Source of the DNA: Candidatus Aerophobota bacterium
GTDB lineage: Bacteria > Aerophobota > Aerophobia > Aerophobales > JAGGVN01
DNA: 59,575 nt
NCBI GenBank assembly: GCA_021158005.1
Contig: JAGGVN010000075.1
Span: 1-59,575, forward strand
Direction: 5' to 3'
The notes beneath the pieces were generated by a model, which did no database searches, was not told where the DNA came from, and saw only the letters and a program-made list of their open reading frames with translations. This document shows positions 34,910-43,043 of the stretch, one piece after another. The position numbers and the translations under genes were made by a program. The first letter of the stretch is position 1. Each line of letters starts with the position of its first letter.

Positions 34910-36121
34910 TTAATCCAAATTTCTCTCTTTGAGATTCTTAAGTCTTATTCCCGAATTAGTGGAAGGGAGCTGTTTAACTGGTTCAGTCAATAAAAACTTT
35001 CCTTCTTTTATCCAGTTCTTAAGTATCTCCGCAATTTCCCTCGCCCGGGCATAGCTAGAAAGACTAGCTGTAGAAACTTCTTTCCCTCGAAAATTTATCT
35101 TTCCCTTTTTAAGCTGAGCGTAATTTACTTCCCCTATAATTTTTTCTCTTCCCAAAGGATAATCCTCACTATAATCTACTATTGGTGCCCAGATTTCCTC
35201 ATCTTTTACAGTAGTATAATAAAGAATTTCTTCATTAAGAATGGGTATAGGGATTCCAATCCCTACGGTTAAATTGACTCCGTATCCGGTAATACTCGTT
35301 CCTTTTAACCAATAAGGACTCATCTCTTTCAAATCTCCTATCACCGCTATACTCCCCGCGCCAGCACAAGGGACACCTCTCTTTGTTCTTTTTACGCACG
35401 GATTATGTTGAGTTCCATTCCAAACTACATACCCTACTCCTCCACCAAGGAAAATCTTTGTCCCCACTCCAATACTTTTATAATAAGGGTCGTTAAGAAG
35501 TGGAGAAAGCTGACCAGCACTACAATACATAGCATTACCGAGGTGGGGTTGCAATACTCCCATATAAGTATAAATAATTTTCCGGGAAAGATTAACAGCT
35601 ACATTATAATTTTGATATGCATTCCGCGGGTTAAATAAAACAGCTTCATTAATATCTTTTATATTAATCCAGGTCTCCAGCTTTTTCCGAGGATAGCAAT
35701 CAGTAGCATAACTTAAAGCAGTAAATTTTAAGTCTTTTCCAGCTACCAGATCTTCAATAACATGACCACCTCCATACTTAAACTCACCCGGATATACTTT
35801 GTTTCGAGGATCTTCCTCGGGAAGAGCAGTAGCTCCTATATAGATATCCACCGCCGCTAAACCTGTATAAACAGGAACATCGTTAAGATAAGCTTTACCT
35901 CCGCCCAATTTTATCCTCGGTTTAGAATGTCCAAGATTAAGGTAAGCACCTGAGGAACACATAGGTCCAAAGGTAGCTGTAGTTACTACATCTACCTTTT
36001 TCGCAGCCCTCTCTATCCCCTCTTTTTCCGCAATGTCAATAATCTCCTCTGCGGTAACTACTATTACTTCTCCTTTCTTTATCTTTTCGTTGATTTCTGA
36101 TATTGTTTTAGCCATTACCAC
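34910..36121 (-). CDS. DUF39 / COG1900-type homocysteine biosynthesis protein
   Basis: Size ~400 aa, with conserved-looking blocks (VVTTATFGPMCSSGA, NAMYCSAGQLSPL). Immediately followed by a NIL-ferredoxin gene. The likely true start is the internal ATG (MAKTIS, about 36115), behind a GAGGTG SD. Confidence 0.7.
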   Translation of the reverse strand: MVMAKTISEINEKIKKGEVIVVTAEEIIDIAEKEGIERAAKKVDVVTTATFGPMCSSGAYLNLGHSKPRIKLGGGKAYLNDVPVYTGLAAVDIYIGATALPEEDPRNKVYPGEFKYGGGHVIEDLVAGKDLKFTALSYATDCYPRKKLETWINIKDINEAVLFNPRNAYQNYNVAVNLSRKIIYTYMGVLQPHLGNAMYCSAGQLSPLLNDPYYKSIGVGTKIFLGGGVGYVVWNGTQHNPCVKRTKRGVPCAGAGSIAVIGDLKEMSPYWLKGTSITGYGVNLTVGIGIPIPILNEEILYYTTVKDEEIWAPIVDYSEDYPLGREKIIGEVNYAQLKKGKINFRGKEVSTASLSSYARAREIAEILKNWIKEGKFLLTEPVKQLPSTNSGIRLKNLKERNLD

Positions 36122-36200
36122 CTCATTTTAATCTTTACGCCCTTAAAATCTTTCTGGAATTCTTAGAAAGATAAAAAATAGAGGAGCGAAAATCTACTTA

Positions 36201-36229
36201 ATATTAGCGCTCCCGGTAAATCTTGTCAA
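36201..36229 (-). promoter_or_regulatory. Sigma70-like promoter for the DUF39 / NIL-ferredoxin / ispE / spoVG string
   Basis: Minus strand: TTGACA (36229..36224), 17-nt spacer, TAATAT (36206..36201). Confidence 0.4.
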
Positions 36230-36334
36230 GGGTGTGTACCCCTTGCAACCCCAGTTAGTTGACAAAATTCATAATTTATATATTTTCTAAAAGAAAATGG
36301 TAAACTCAAAAATTAAGAAAGGAAGGAGGCAAAG

Positions 36335-37396
36335 ATGAGAAAAGAGAGTCTCGAATTTTTAAGAAAGTTAGTAGAAAATCCCAGCCCTTCCGGTTTTGAG
36401 CAATCTGCACAAAGAATAATTAAAAAAGAGATGGAAAAATTTGCTGATGAGGTAAAAAGCGATCTTCATGGAAATGTTATCGGAATTAAGAATCCCCGGG
36501 GTAGGCCTCGTTTAATGTTAGCCGGACATTGTGATGAAATAGGATTTATGGTTAAATATATTGATGAACATGGATTTATCTTTTTTTCTACTATCGGGGG
36601 AATAGATAGCCATATTGTGCCTGGACAGCGAGTACAAATCCATAGCAAGAAGGGATCCATTCTGGGAGTAGTGGGGAGAAAACCTATTCATGTTATGGAG
36701 GAAGAAGAAAAGAAGAGAGTAGCTAAGATTTCTGAGCAATGGATCGATATAGGAGTAGATAGTAAAAAAGAAGCAGAAAAATTAATCTCCATTGGGGACG
36801 CAATTACATTCTCCGGAAGAATGGAAAGACTTGGAGAAAATTTAGCCGTATCTCGAGGATTTGATGATAAAATAGGAAGCTTTGTAGTTTGCGAAGTTCT
36901 AAAGAATATTGCCCACGAATCTCCTCAAGCTGCTATCTTTGCTACTTCTACTGTCCAGGAAGAAATTGGTCTTAGAGGAGCAAAAACATCGGCATACAGA
37001 ATTAATCCTGATGTAGGCATAGCCGTAGATGTAGATATAGCTACTGACTTTCCGGGAATGGAGAAGAAAAAGACAGGAGAAATCTCTCTGGGCAAAGGAG
37101 TAATTCTCCATAAAGGAGCGAATATCAATCCGAAAGTGGGAGAATTACTCATTCAAATTGCTGAAGAAGAGAATATCCTCTATCAACTTAAAGGCTCACC
37201 CGGGGGCACAGGAACCGATGCCAATGTAATTCAGCTTACTCGAGCCGGAGTAGCCACTGGACTGGTATCTATCCCGGCACGCTATATTCATACACCTGTT
37301 GAAGTCATCTCTTTAAAAGATTTAGAAAATACTATCCAATTACTAACTATTTTTGCGCTGAGAATAAAATCAGAGATGAATTTTATTCCCTGGTAG
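36335..37396 (+). CDS. M42 family metallo-aminopeptidase (FrvX / glutamyl aminopeptidase-like)
   Basis: NPSPSGFE, MLAGHCDEIGFMV, SRGFDDKIG, VQEEIGLRGA and TGTDAN are typical of M42. Strong GGAAGGAGG SD. Confidence 0.9.
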   Translation: MRKESLEFLRKLVENPSPSGFEQSAQRIIKKEMEKFADEVKSDLHGNVIGIKNPRGRPRLMLAGHCDEIGFMVKYIDEHGFIFFSTIGGIDSHIVPGQRVQIHSKKGSILGVVGRKPIHVMEEEEKKRVAKISEQWIDIGVDSKKEAEKLISIGDAITFSGRMERLGENLAVSRGFDDKIGSFVVCEVLKNIAHESPQAAIFATSTVQEEIGLRGAKTSAYRINPDVGIAVDVDIATDFPGMEKKKTGEISLGKGVILHKGANINPKVGELLIQIAEEENILYQLKGSPGGTGTDANVIQLTRAGVATGLVSIPARYIHTPVEVISLKDLENTIQLLTIFALRIKSEMNFIPW

Positions 37397-37470
37397 AAAA
37401 TTTCAGATATTTCTTCTCCCTAGCTAATAATAAATCATTTCCGGAGAACTTCAGCTATAAACTTTAAATT

Positions 37471-38421
37471 TCATAAAGTAAAAGAAAGAGAAAATTGTTG
37501 AGTATGAGCAAGGGACTCATTATAAGAAAAAGCATAATCTAACTTTATCCCTTTTATCCCTTCACTCTCTTTTTTCATAGGAATATTAAGACCTATTCCC
37601 CCTGAGAAATTCAGTTCTGAGAGTTCCTGAAATATTCTTCTTACCCCCAGACGAAGAGAGAGATTATCACTTATCCGCCACTCTCCCCCTATGTGTATCT
37701 CTTCAAGAATACTCTCTTTAGAAAGATCAAAATCAATAGCAAGAATAAGAGAAGGATTAAAAGTGTAAGCTACACCCAGTTTTAAATTAAAAGGAAAAAA
37801 CTCATTTCTTCCCGTGCTCCAATTTATTTGAGAAAAAACATTTTGAAAATTACCTCCCCAGGAAATTTTTCTTCCGTGGATTAAAAACCCGATATCCAGA
37901 GCGTATCCTTTAGCTTCCTCTTCCTCAACAGTTTCTCTTAAGTATTTCAAATTAGCTCCCCAGGCACTAAACGCTTCTCCAGGAGAGAGGTTACGGGGAG
38001 AAAAAAATTGCCCATAAGAATAGTAAAAGAGATCAAAGTTCCATCTTTCTGGCTCCAAATTTGCTAAAAGATGGGACCAGCCAATTCCTCCTGCTCCCAT
38101 ACCACTTTCAGGTTCAACAAAAGACAAAATACTCTGCGTTAAAAGACCCATTCCGTACCAATCGGTAAACATTACTCCTACTTCTTTATCTTTGAGTTGA
38201 AGAAGGCCTGCAGGATTAAAGTAGCAAGCACCATAATCATCAGCAATTGCCACAAACGCCCCTCCCATCCCTTTTGCTCGGGTATGAGTAATAAGGGTAA
38301 CAAATTCGCTTTCTTGAACATTGAGAAAATCAGCAGGCGCTCGGACTGAAGAGAAAATCAACATTCCTATAAATAATAAAACCATCAATCTCAATTTTTT
38401 CTTAATTTTTTTCACCTCCAT
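37471..38421 (-). CDS. Outer-membrane beta-barrel protein (PorV/PorQ-like N-terminal motif)
   Basis: Signal peptide, then GMGGAFVAIADDYGACYFNPAGL. The remainder has alternating beta-strand patterns. Confidence 0.55.
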   Translation of the reverse strand: MEVKKIKKKLRLMVLLFIGMLIFSSVRAPADFLNVQESEFVTLITHTRAKGMGGAFVAIADDYGACYFNPAGLLQLKDKEVGVMFTDWYGMGLLTQSILSFVEPESGMGAGGIGWSHLLANLEPERWNFDLFYYSYGQFFSPRNLSPGEAFSAWGANLKYLRETVEEEEAKGYALDIGFLIHGRKISWGGNFQNVFSQINWSTGRNEFFPFNLKLGVAYTFNPSLILAIDFDLSKESILEEIHIGGEWRISDNLSLRLGVRRIFQELSELNFSGGIGLNIPMKKESEGIKGIKLDYAFSYNESLAHTQQFSLSFTL

Positions 38422-38443
38422 CTTCGTAGACTTTTTCCAGAAA

Positions 38444-39022
38444 CTAAAATTCTAATTCCTTTTTATATTCTCTTAGTAATTCCTCGTAATCTTCAGTGAG
38501 TCTTTCTAAAACTTCAAGCCATCTCTTTTTAAATTCAGGCTGATTTTCTATTTCTATACTAAATCCCATCTCCTCTAATGTCTCTCTCGCCTCTCTAAGA
38601 GATAATTCTACCTCTGCTTTTACCTTCTCATACTGTTTCTCTCTCTCTTTTTCAAAAATATTAAAAAGATTCTCTATCTTTCTACAAATCTTTTCTGTCT
38701 TTTTCTTATCCTTCCCTAAAAGAAGAATTCCTTTTATCGCCCTCTCATTTTCTCTCTTTATTCCTTCACTTTTTGGAAGAGTCAATTTCATCCGGAGAAG
38801 AGATAATGCTCCTTCTCTTACACATTCCTTAACTTCTCCCTGATATTCTTCGAAAGCTCTCTTTAGATTAAAACTCTCTTCTCTTAGATACTTTCCGACA
38901 ATCTCTTTCCCCTTAGAAATATAACTAATCCTCTCCAATTCTTTCGGGGAAATTTTTATTTTCTGAGCTCTTTCTAGAGCTACCTCTAAAGCTGTTTTTA
39001 TCTTTTTTTTCTCTCTTTCCAT
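38444..39022 (-). CDS. Hypothetical K/E-rich helical protein (192 aa)
   Basis: ORF tightly packed between ribD and the OMP gene, with coiled-coil-like composition and no recognised motif. Confidence 0.45.
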   Translation of the reverse strand: MEREKKKIKTALEVALERAQKIKISPKELERISYISKGKEIVGKYLREESFNLKRAFEEYQGEVKECVREGALSLLRMKLTLPKSEGIKRENERAIKGILLLGKDKKKTEKICRKIENLFNIFEKEREKQYEKVKAEVELSLREARETLEEMGFSIEIENQPEFKKRWLEVLERLTEDYEELLREYKKELEF

Positions 39023-39071
39023 AAATTCTCTTCTTAAATAAACTTTTTTTTAAAGATAATACTTCCCGTAA

Positions 39072-40163
39072 CTAAAGCTGGATTTCCCTCATATGTCCTT
39101 CAAAAAGAAAATCCTCTCCTACTTTCCGTAGAGAATCTATCCTTACCCAGGGACTTTCTTTTAGAGAGTTTATTCCCTTTCCTTCTACCCAACTAAGACT
39201 TTTTCTTCCTCCTATTATCCGCGGCGAAAGAAAGAGAGAGAGCCTATCCACCAGTCTTTTCTCAAAAAAAGAAGCAATCACTTCTCCTCCGCCTTCTACT
39301 AAAAGATTCATTACTTCCAATTCTCCTAATTTTTTCAATACTTCTAAAAGGTTTACTCTCTTTTCTTCCTCTTTTACTACTACTATTTTAACCCCTCGGT
39401 TATTCAGCTCTTCTATCTTTTGTTTTTCGGCTCTCTGAGTAGTAAAGATAAAAGTATCAGCTTTATCCTGGTCTTTCAAAACCCGAGCTTCAAGAGGAAT
39501 TCTTAACTTACTATCAAGCACAATTCGCAGAAAATGTTTCCGAGAAGAAGGAAGTAGAGAAGGATTATCCTTAATGACAGTATTTATTCCTACCAAAACA
39601 GCATCCGCTTTATCTCTGAGACGATGAGCAAAGTCACGAGATTTACTACCGGTTATCCATTTTGATTCCCCCAGATGAGTAGCAATTTTTCCATCCAGGC
39701 TAGCCGCTACCTTTACAGTTACCAAAGGAATCCTCTTCTTCATAAACTTAAGAAAAGCCTCATTTAATTCCTTAGCTTCCTTTTCACAAACTCCTACGTC
39801 CACTTCTATCCCTGCCCTTCTTAATTCTTCTACTCCCTTTCCCGAAACTAAAGGATTGGGGTCTAAAGTAGCTATCACTACTCTTCGAATACCACTTTTA
39901 ATTATTCTGGTTGTACAGGGGGGTGTCTTCCCATAATGACAACATGGTTCCAGAGTAACATAGAGAGTAGCTCCCTTCGTCTTATTTTCCGCCTTTTTAA
40001 TAACTTCCACTTCAGCGTGAGGTCCCCCAAAATATCGATGAAAACCTTGAGCAATCATTTCTCCATTATTGGTGAGTACTGCTCCAACCATAGGATTAGG
40101 AGAAACTTTTCCTTCTCCTTTTTTAGCTATCTTTAAGGCTAACTTCATCCATTTCTTGTCCAT
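39072..40163 (-). CDS. ribD: Bifunctional riboflavin biosynthesis deaminase/reductase RibD
   Basis: Deaminase zinc motifs HAEV and PCCHYGKTPPC. C-terminal reductase domain with LLVEGGGEV. Confidence 0.95.
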   Translation of the reverse strand: MDKKWMKLALKIAKKGEGKVSPNPMVGAVLTNNGEMIAQGFHRYFGGPHAEVEVIKKAENKTKGATLYVTLEPCCHYGKTPPCTTRIIKSGIRRVVIATLDPNPLVSGKGVEELRRAGIEVDVGVCEKEAKELNEAFLKFMKKRIPLVTVKVAASLDGKIATHLGESKWITGSKSRDFAHRLRDKADAVLVGINTVIKDNPSLLPSSRKHFLRIVLDSKLRIPLEARVLKDQDKADTFIFTTQRAEKQKIEELNNRGVKIVVVKEEEKRVNLLEVLKKLGELEVMNLLVEGGGEVIASFFEKRLVDRLSLFLSPRIIGGRKSLSWVEGKGINSLKESPWVRIDSLRKVGEDFLFEGHMREIQL

Positions 40164-40201
40164 AAAATTAGTCCCTTCTTAAATTATAAAAAACTGAATC
40201 T

Positions 40202-40774
40202 CTACCCGGAAATTTCTAATTTTTTGAGACGATTCTCCAGATTAATATATTTATTTTCTAAAATAGTCAATCGACGATCTAATTCTGCATAAGAAAACTT
40301 TATAGCTGAAAGAATTTCTTGATGAGCCTTTTCATTCTCTTCACGGAGACCATTTATCTCCTGATAAAGTTGTTGATGAGCCTTTTCATTCTCTTCACGC
40401 ATCTGTTGGTGAGCTTTTTCATTCTCTTCGCGCATCTGTTGATGAGCCTTTTCATTCTCTTCGCGCATCTGTTGGTGAGCTTTTTCATTCTCTTCGCGGA
40501 GACTATTTATCTCCTGATAAAGTTGTTGATGAGCCTTTTCATTCTCTTCACGCATCTGTTGATGAGCCTTTTCATTCTCCCTGCTAAGATCTCTAACAGC
40601 ACGCCACATCTCTTCACGCATCTGTTGGTGAGCTTTTTCATTCTCTTCGTGAAGCTCATCTATTTTCCTATTTAATATAATATGACCTTCGGCTATTAGT
40701 TTAATATCGCTTCTTAAACTCTCTACTACCACATCAAAATGTCTTTTTATCTCTTCTATTACTTTGGAATCCAT
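40202..40774 (-). CDS. Hypothetical repeat protein (190 aa) with eight ENEKAH(Q) cores in 11-, 18- and 22-aa units
   Basis: The translation has five ENEKAHQQMRE cores (one followed by an 11-aa EMWRAVRDLSR extension), two ENEKAHQQLYQEIN(S/G)LRE units and a terminal ENEKAHQE core. These are flanked by non-repetitive helical ends. Confidence 0.6.
   Translation of the reverse strand: MDSKVIEEIKRHFDVVVESLRSDIKLIAEGHIILNRKIDELHEENEKAHQQMREEMWRAVRDLSRENEKAHQQMREENEKAHQQLYQEINSLREENEKAHQQMREENEKAHQQMREENEKAHQQMREENEKAHQQLYQEINGLREENEKAHQEILSAIKFSYAELDRRLTILENKYINLENRLKKLEISG
40319..40651 (-). repeat. In-frame tandem DNA repeat array (33-nt unit, with 54- and 66-nt variants)
   Basis: Cores begin at 40319, 40373, 40406, 40439, 40472, 40526, 40559 and 40625 (plus-strand TTG(A/G)TGAGC(C/T)TTTTCATTCTCTTC). 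All spacings (54, 33, 33, 33, 54, 33, 66) are multiples of 3. Confidence 0.9.
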
Positions 40775-40806
40775 TATATTTCTCCCTCTTTACTTAAGAA
40801 AAGCAT

Positions 40807-41823
40807 TTACACTAATGCATTTTCAACCAATAACTCCGCAATTTGAACAGCGTTTAAAGCCGCTCCCTTCCGCAAATTATCAGCTACAATCCAGAGGTTT
40901 ATCCCTCTATCTATAGAAATATCTTCCCTTATTCTACCTACGAAAACCTCATCTCTTCCTGCGCACATTAAAGGAAGAGGATAAACATTATCCCCAGGAT
41001 TATCCTTCACTACCACTCCTGGAGAATTTGAAAGAATTTCTCTTAATTTCTCTATCTCTATCTTTTTCTCTGTTTCCAGAGTGACTGCTTCCGAATGAGA
41101 ATTAAAAACAGGCACACGAACACAGGTTGCTGAGATATTTATTCTTTCATCTTCCATAATTTTTCGGGTCTCATTAACTAATTTCCACTCTTCTTCAGTA
41201 TAGTCATAAGAAGAAAATTCTCCTATATGAGGAAGAAGATTAAAAGCTATTTGATAAGGATAAACTTGTCGGGTAATCTTTTCTCCTGATATCCATTGAT
41301 GAACCTGCCTCTTTAATTCCTCTATAGCTTCCCTTCCTGTTCCTGAAACTGCTTGATAAGTAGAAACAATTACCCGCTTAATTCGAGTAAATTTATGGAG
41401 AGGATTAAGCACTACTACGAGTTGAATAGTGGAACAATTAGGATTAGCAATAATCCCCTTGTGGGTTTTTAACCTTTCAGGATTTACTTCAGGAACTACT
41501 AAAGGGACATTTCCATCCATCCGAAAAGCACTACTATTATCTATTACTACTGCTCCTTTACTTACTGCTACCGGAGAAAATTCTCGAGAAATAGAAGCAC
41601 CCGCTGAAAATAAGGATATTTCTACCCCTTCAAATGAAGAAGAACTTAATTTCTCCACTTTCAATACTTCCTCATTAAATCTTAACTTTTTTCCTTCTGA
41701 CCTTTCTGAAGCTAAGAGTCGCAGGTTTCTCACAGGAAAATCTCTTTCTGCCAGTATCTTCACCATTTCCTCTCCTACAGCGCCTGTTGCTCCCACAATA
41801 GCTACATTATATCCCCTACTCAA
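40807..41823 (-). CDS. asd: Aspartate-semialdehyde dehydrogenase
   Basis: VAIVGATGAVGEEM, IANPNCSTIQ (active-site Cys), YQAVSGTG. The TTG start overlaps the upstream stop. Confidence 0.95.
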   Translation of the reverse strand: MSRGYNVAIVGATGAVGEEMVKILAERDFPVRNLRLLASERSEGKKLRFNEEVLKVEKLSSSSFEGVEISLFSAGASISREFSPVAVSKGAVVIDNSSAFRMDGNVPLVVPEVNPERLKTHKGIIANPNCSTIQLVVVLNPLHKFTRIKRVIVSTYQAVSGTGREAIEELKRQVHQWISGEKITRQVYPYQIAFNLLPHIGEFSSYDYTEEEWKLVNETRKIMEDERINISATCVRVPVFNSHSEAVTLETEKKIEIEKLREILSNSPGVVVKDNPGDNVYPLPLMCAGRDEVFVGRIREDISIDRGINLWIVADNLRKGAALNAVQIAELLVENALV

Positions 41824-42325
41824 TCTCTCTCTCCTTATCTAATTGAAATTCCCGGTGAATAGCTTTTGCCGCTTTTCTTCCCTCTCTTCTCTTTACCACA
41901 CAGGAAATCTTTATTTCGGAGGTACTAATCATATCAATGTTTATCTTCTCTTTTCCCAAACAGGTAAACATTCTTGCAGCAACTCCGGGATGAGAACGCA
42001 TTCCTGCTCCGATTAAAGATACCTTGGATATATCTCTCTCATAAATTACTTCTTTAATTTTGATTCTATGTTTTACCTCTTCCATAATTTTCTCAACTTT
42101 TTTTAATTCATCTTCCATCACTGTAAAAGAAATATTACTCTCTCCCTGAATACTACTGCTTTGCACAATCATATCTACATTAATTCCTCCCTCAGCTAAC
42201 TTTGTAAAAATAAATCCAGCTACTCCTGGCTCATCCCTCACTCCCCTGATAGCTATTTTTGCTTCTTTCTCATTAAGCACCACTCCTGAAGCTACAAATT
42301 CTTCTATAAATTCTTTCTTAGCCAA
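41816..42325 (-). CDS. Aspartokinase regulatory (tandem ACT) polypeptide, encoded as a separate cistron
   Basis: VVLNEKEAKIAIRGVRDEPGVAGFIFTKLAEGGINVDMI and SLIGAGMRSHPGVAARMFTCLGKEKINIDMI are the two ACT domains of LysC-type aspartokinase. The TTG start sits 7 nt after GAGGAGGGG. Confidence 0.8.
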   Translation of the reverse strand: MAKKEFIEEFVASGVVLNEKEAKIAIRGVRDEPGVAGFIFTKLAEGGINVDMIVQSSSIQGESNISFTVMEDELKKVEKIMEEVKHRIKIKEVIYERDISKVSLIGAGMRSHPGVAARMFTCLGKEKINIDMISTSEIKISCVVKRREGRKAAKAIHREFQLDKEREIE

Positions 42326-43043
42326 TTCTCGTCCCCTCCTCTTCGCTAAAACTTGAACAAATATATAAAGGAATCCGATATTTACTGGCTATCTCTACTG
42401 CTCGGGAATGAATAACTTTTGCGCCCGAACCAGCTAACTCTAACATCTCTTCATAAGAGATATGTTTAAGCTTCCTTGCCTCGGGAATTATGGAAGGGTC
42501 TGCGGTATATACTCCTTTTACATCTGTATAAATTTCACATAAGTCTGCCTTTAAAGCAGCAGCTACCGCTACAGCGGTAATATCTGAACCTCCTCTTCCG
42601 AGTGTAGTAATAGCATCTTCCGGAGTCACCCCCTGAAATCCAGCCATAACCACAATCTTTCCCCGGTCAAGTTCTTCGGAAACTCTTTTAACCTCAATTC
42701 TCTGAATATGAGCCTTAGTATGGAGTGTATCCGTAATAATCCCCACCTGGGAACCTGTAAAAGCTATGGATTTCTCTCCTAAGGAACACAAGGAAATGCT
42801 CAATAGAGCTGAAGAGATAACTTCTCCACTGGATAAAAGCATGTCCAATTCTCTTTCCGGAGGATTAGGGTTCAACTGAAGAGCGAGCTTTAATAACTTA
42901 TCAGTAGTCTTCCCCATAGCAGAAACTACAACTACTAACTTTTCCCACCTTTTTTTTGCACGAATTATTCTTTTAGTCACCTCTTTAATTCTCTGAGGAG
43001 AAGAAAGAGAACTTCCTCCATATTTTTGCACCACTAAAGACAA
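42318..43043 (-). CDS. Aspartokinase catalytic (amino-acid kinase) polypeptide, truncated before the ACT domains
   Basis: VVQKYGGSSL, VVVVSAMGKTTD, TTLGRGGSD, IYTDVKGVYTADP, then ends ...SSFSEEEGTRIG-stop, where full-length LysC would continue into the ACT region. Confidence 0.85.
   Translation of the reverse strand: MSLVVQKYGGSSLSSPQRIKEVTKRIIRAKKRWEKLVVVVSAMGKTTDKLLKLALQLNPNPPERELDMLLSSGEVISSALLSISLCSLGEKSIAFTGSQVGIITDTLHTKAHIQRIEVKRVSEELDRGKIVVMAGFQGVTPEDAITTLGRGGSDITAVAVAAALKADLCEIYTDVKGVYTADPSIIPEARKLKHISYEEMLELAGSGAKVIHSRAVEIASKYRIPLYICSSFSEEEGTRIG

Noticed and set aside
36230-36334. A possible plus-strand promoter (TTGACA at ~36269) and a small hairpin (CAAGGG-TGTGTA-CCCTTG, ~36227-36245) upstream of the M42 peptidase gene
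   Set aside because: No -10 hexamer lies at an acceptable spacing from the TTGACA. The hairpin is short and overlaps the minus-strand -35 box, so I could not support either element.
40319-40675. 118-aa plus-strand ORF, and the regular 33-nt periodicity, which could be mistaken for a gene or a CRISPR-like array
   Set aside because: The plus-strand ORF is the antisense shadow of the ENEKAHQQMRE repeat gene, kept open by the repeats and encoding a low-complexity L/F/I peptide. The repeats are contiguous, with no unique spacers, and are in frame with a minus-strand CDS. It is therefore not a CRISPR array.
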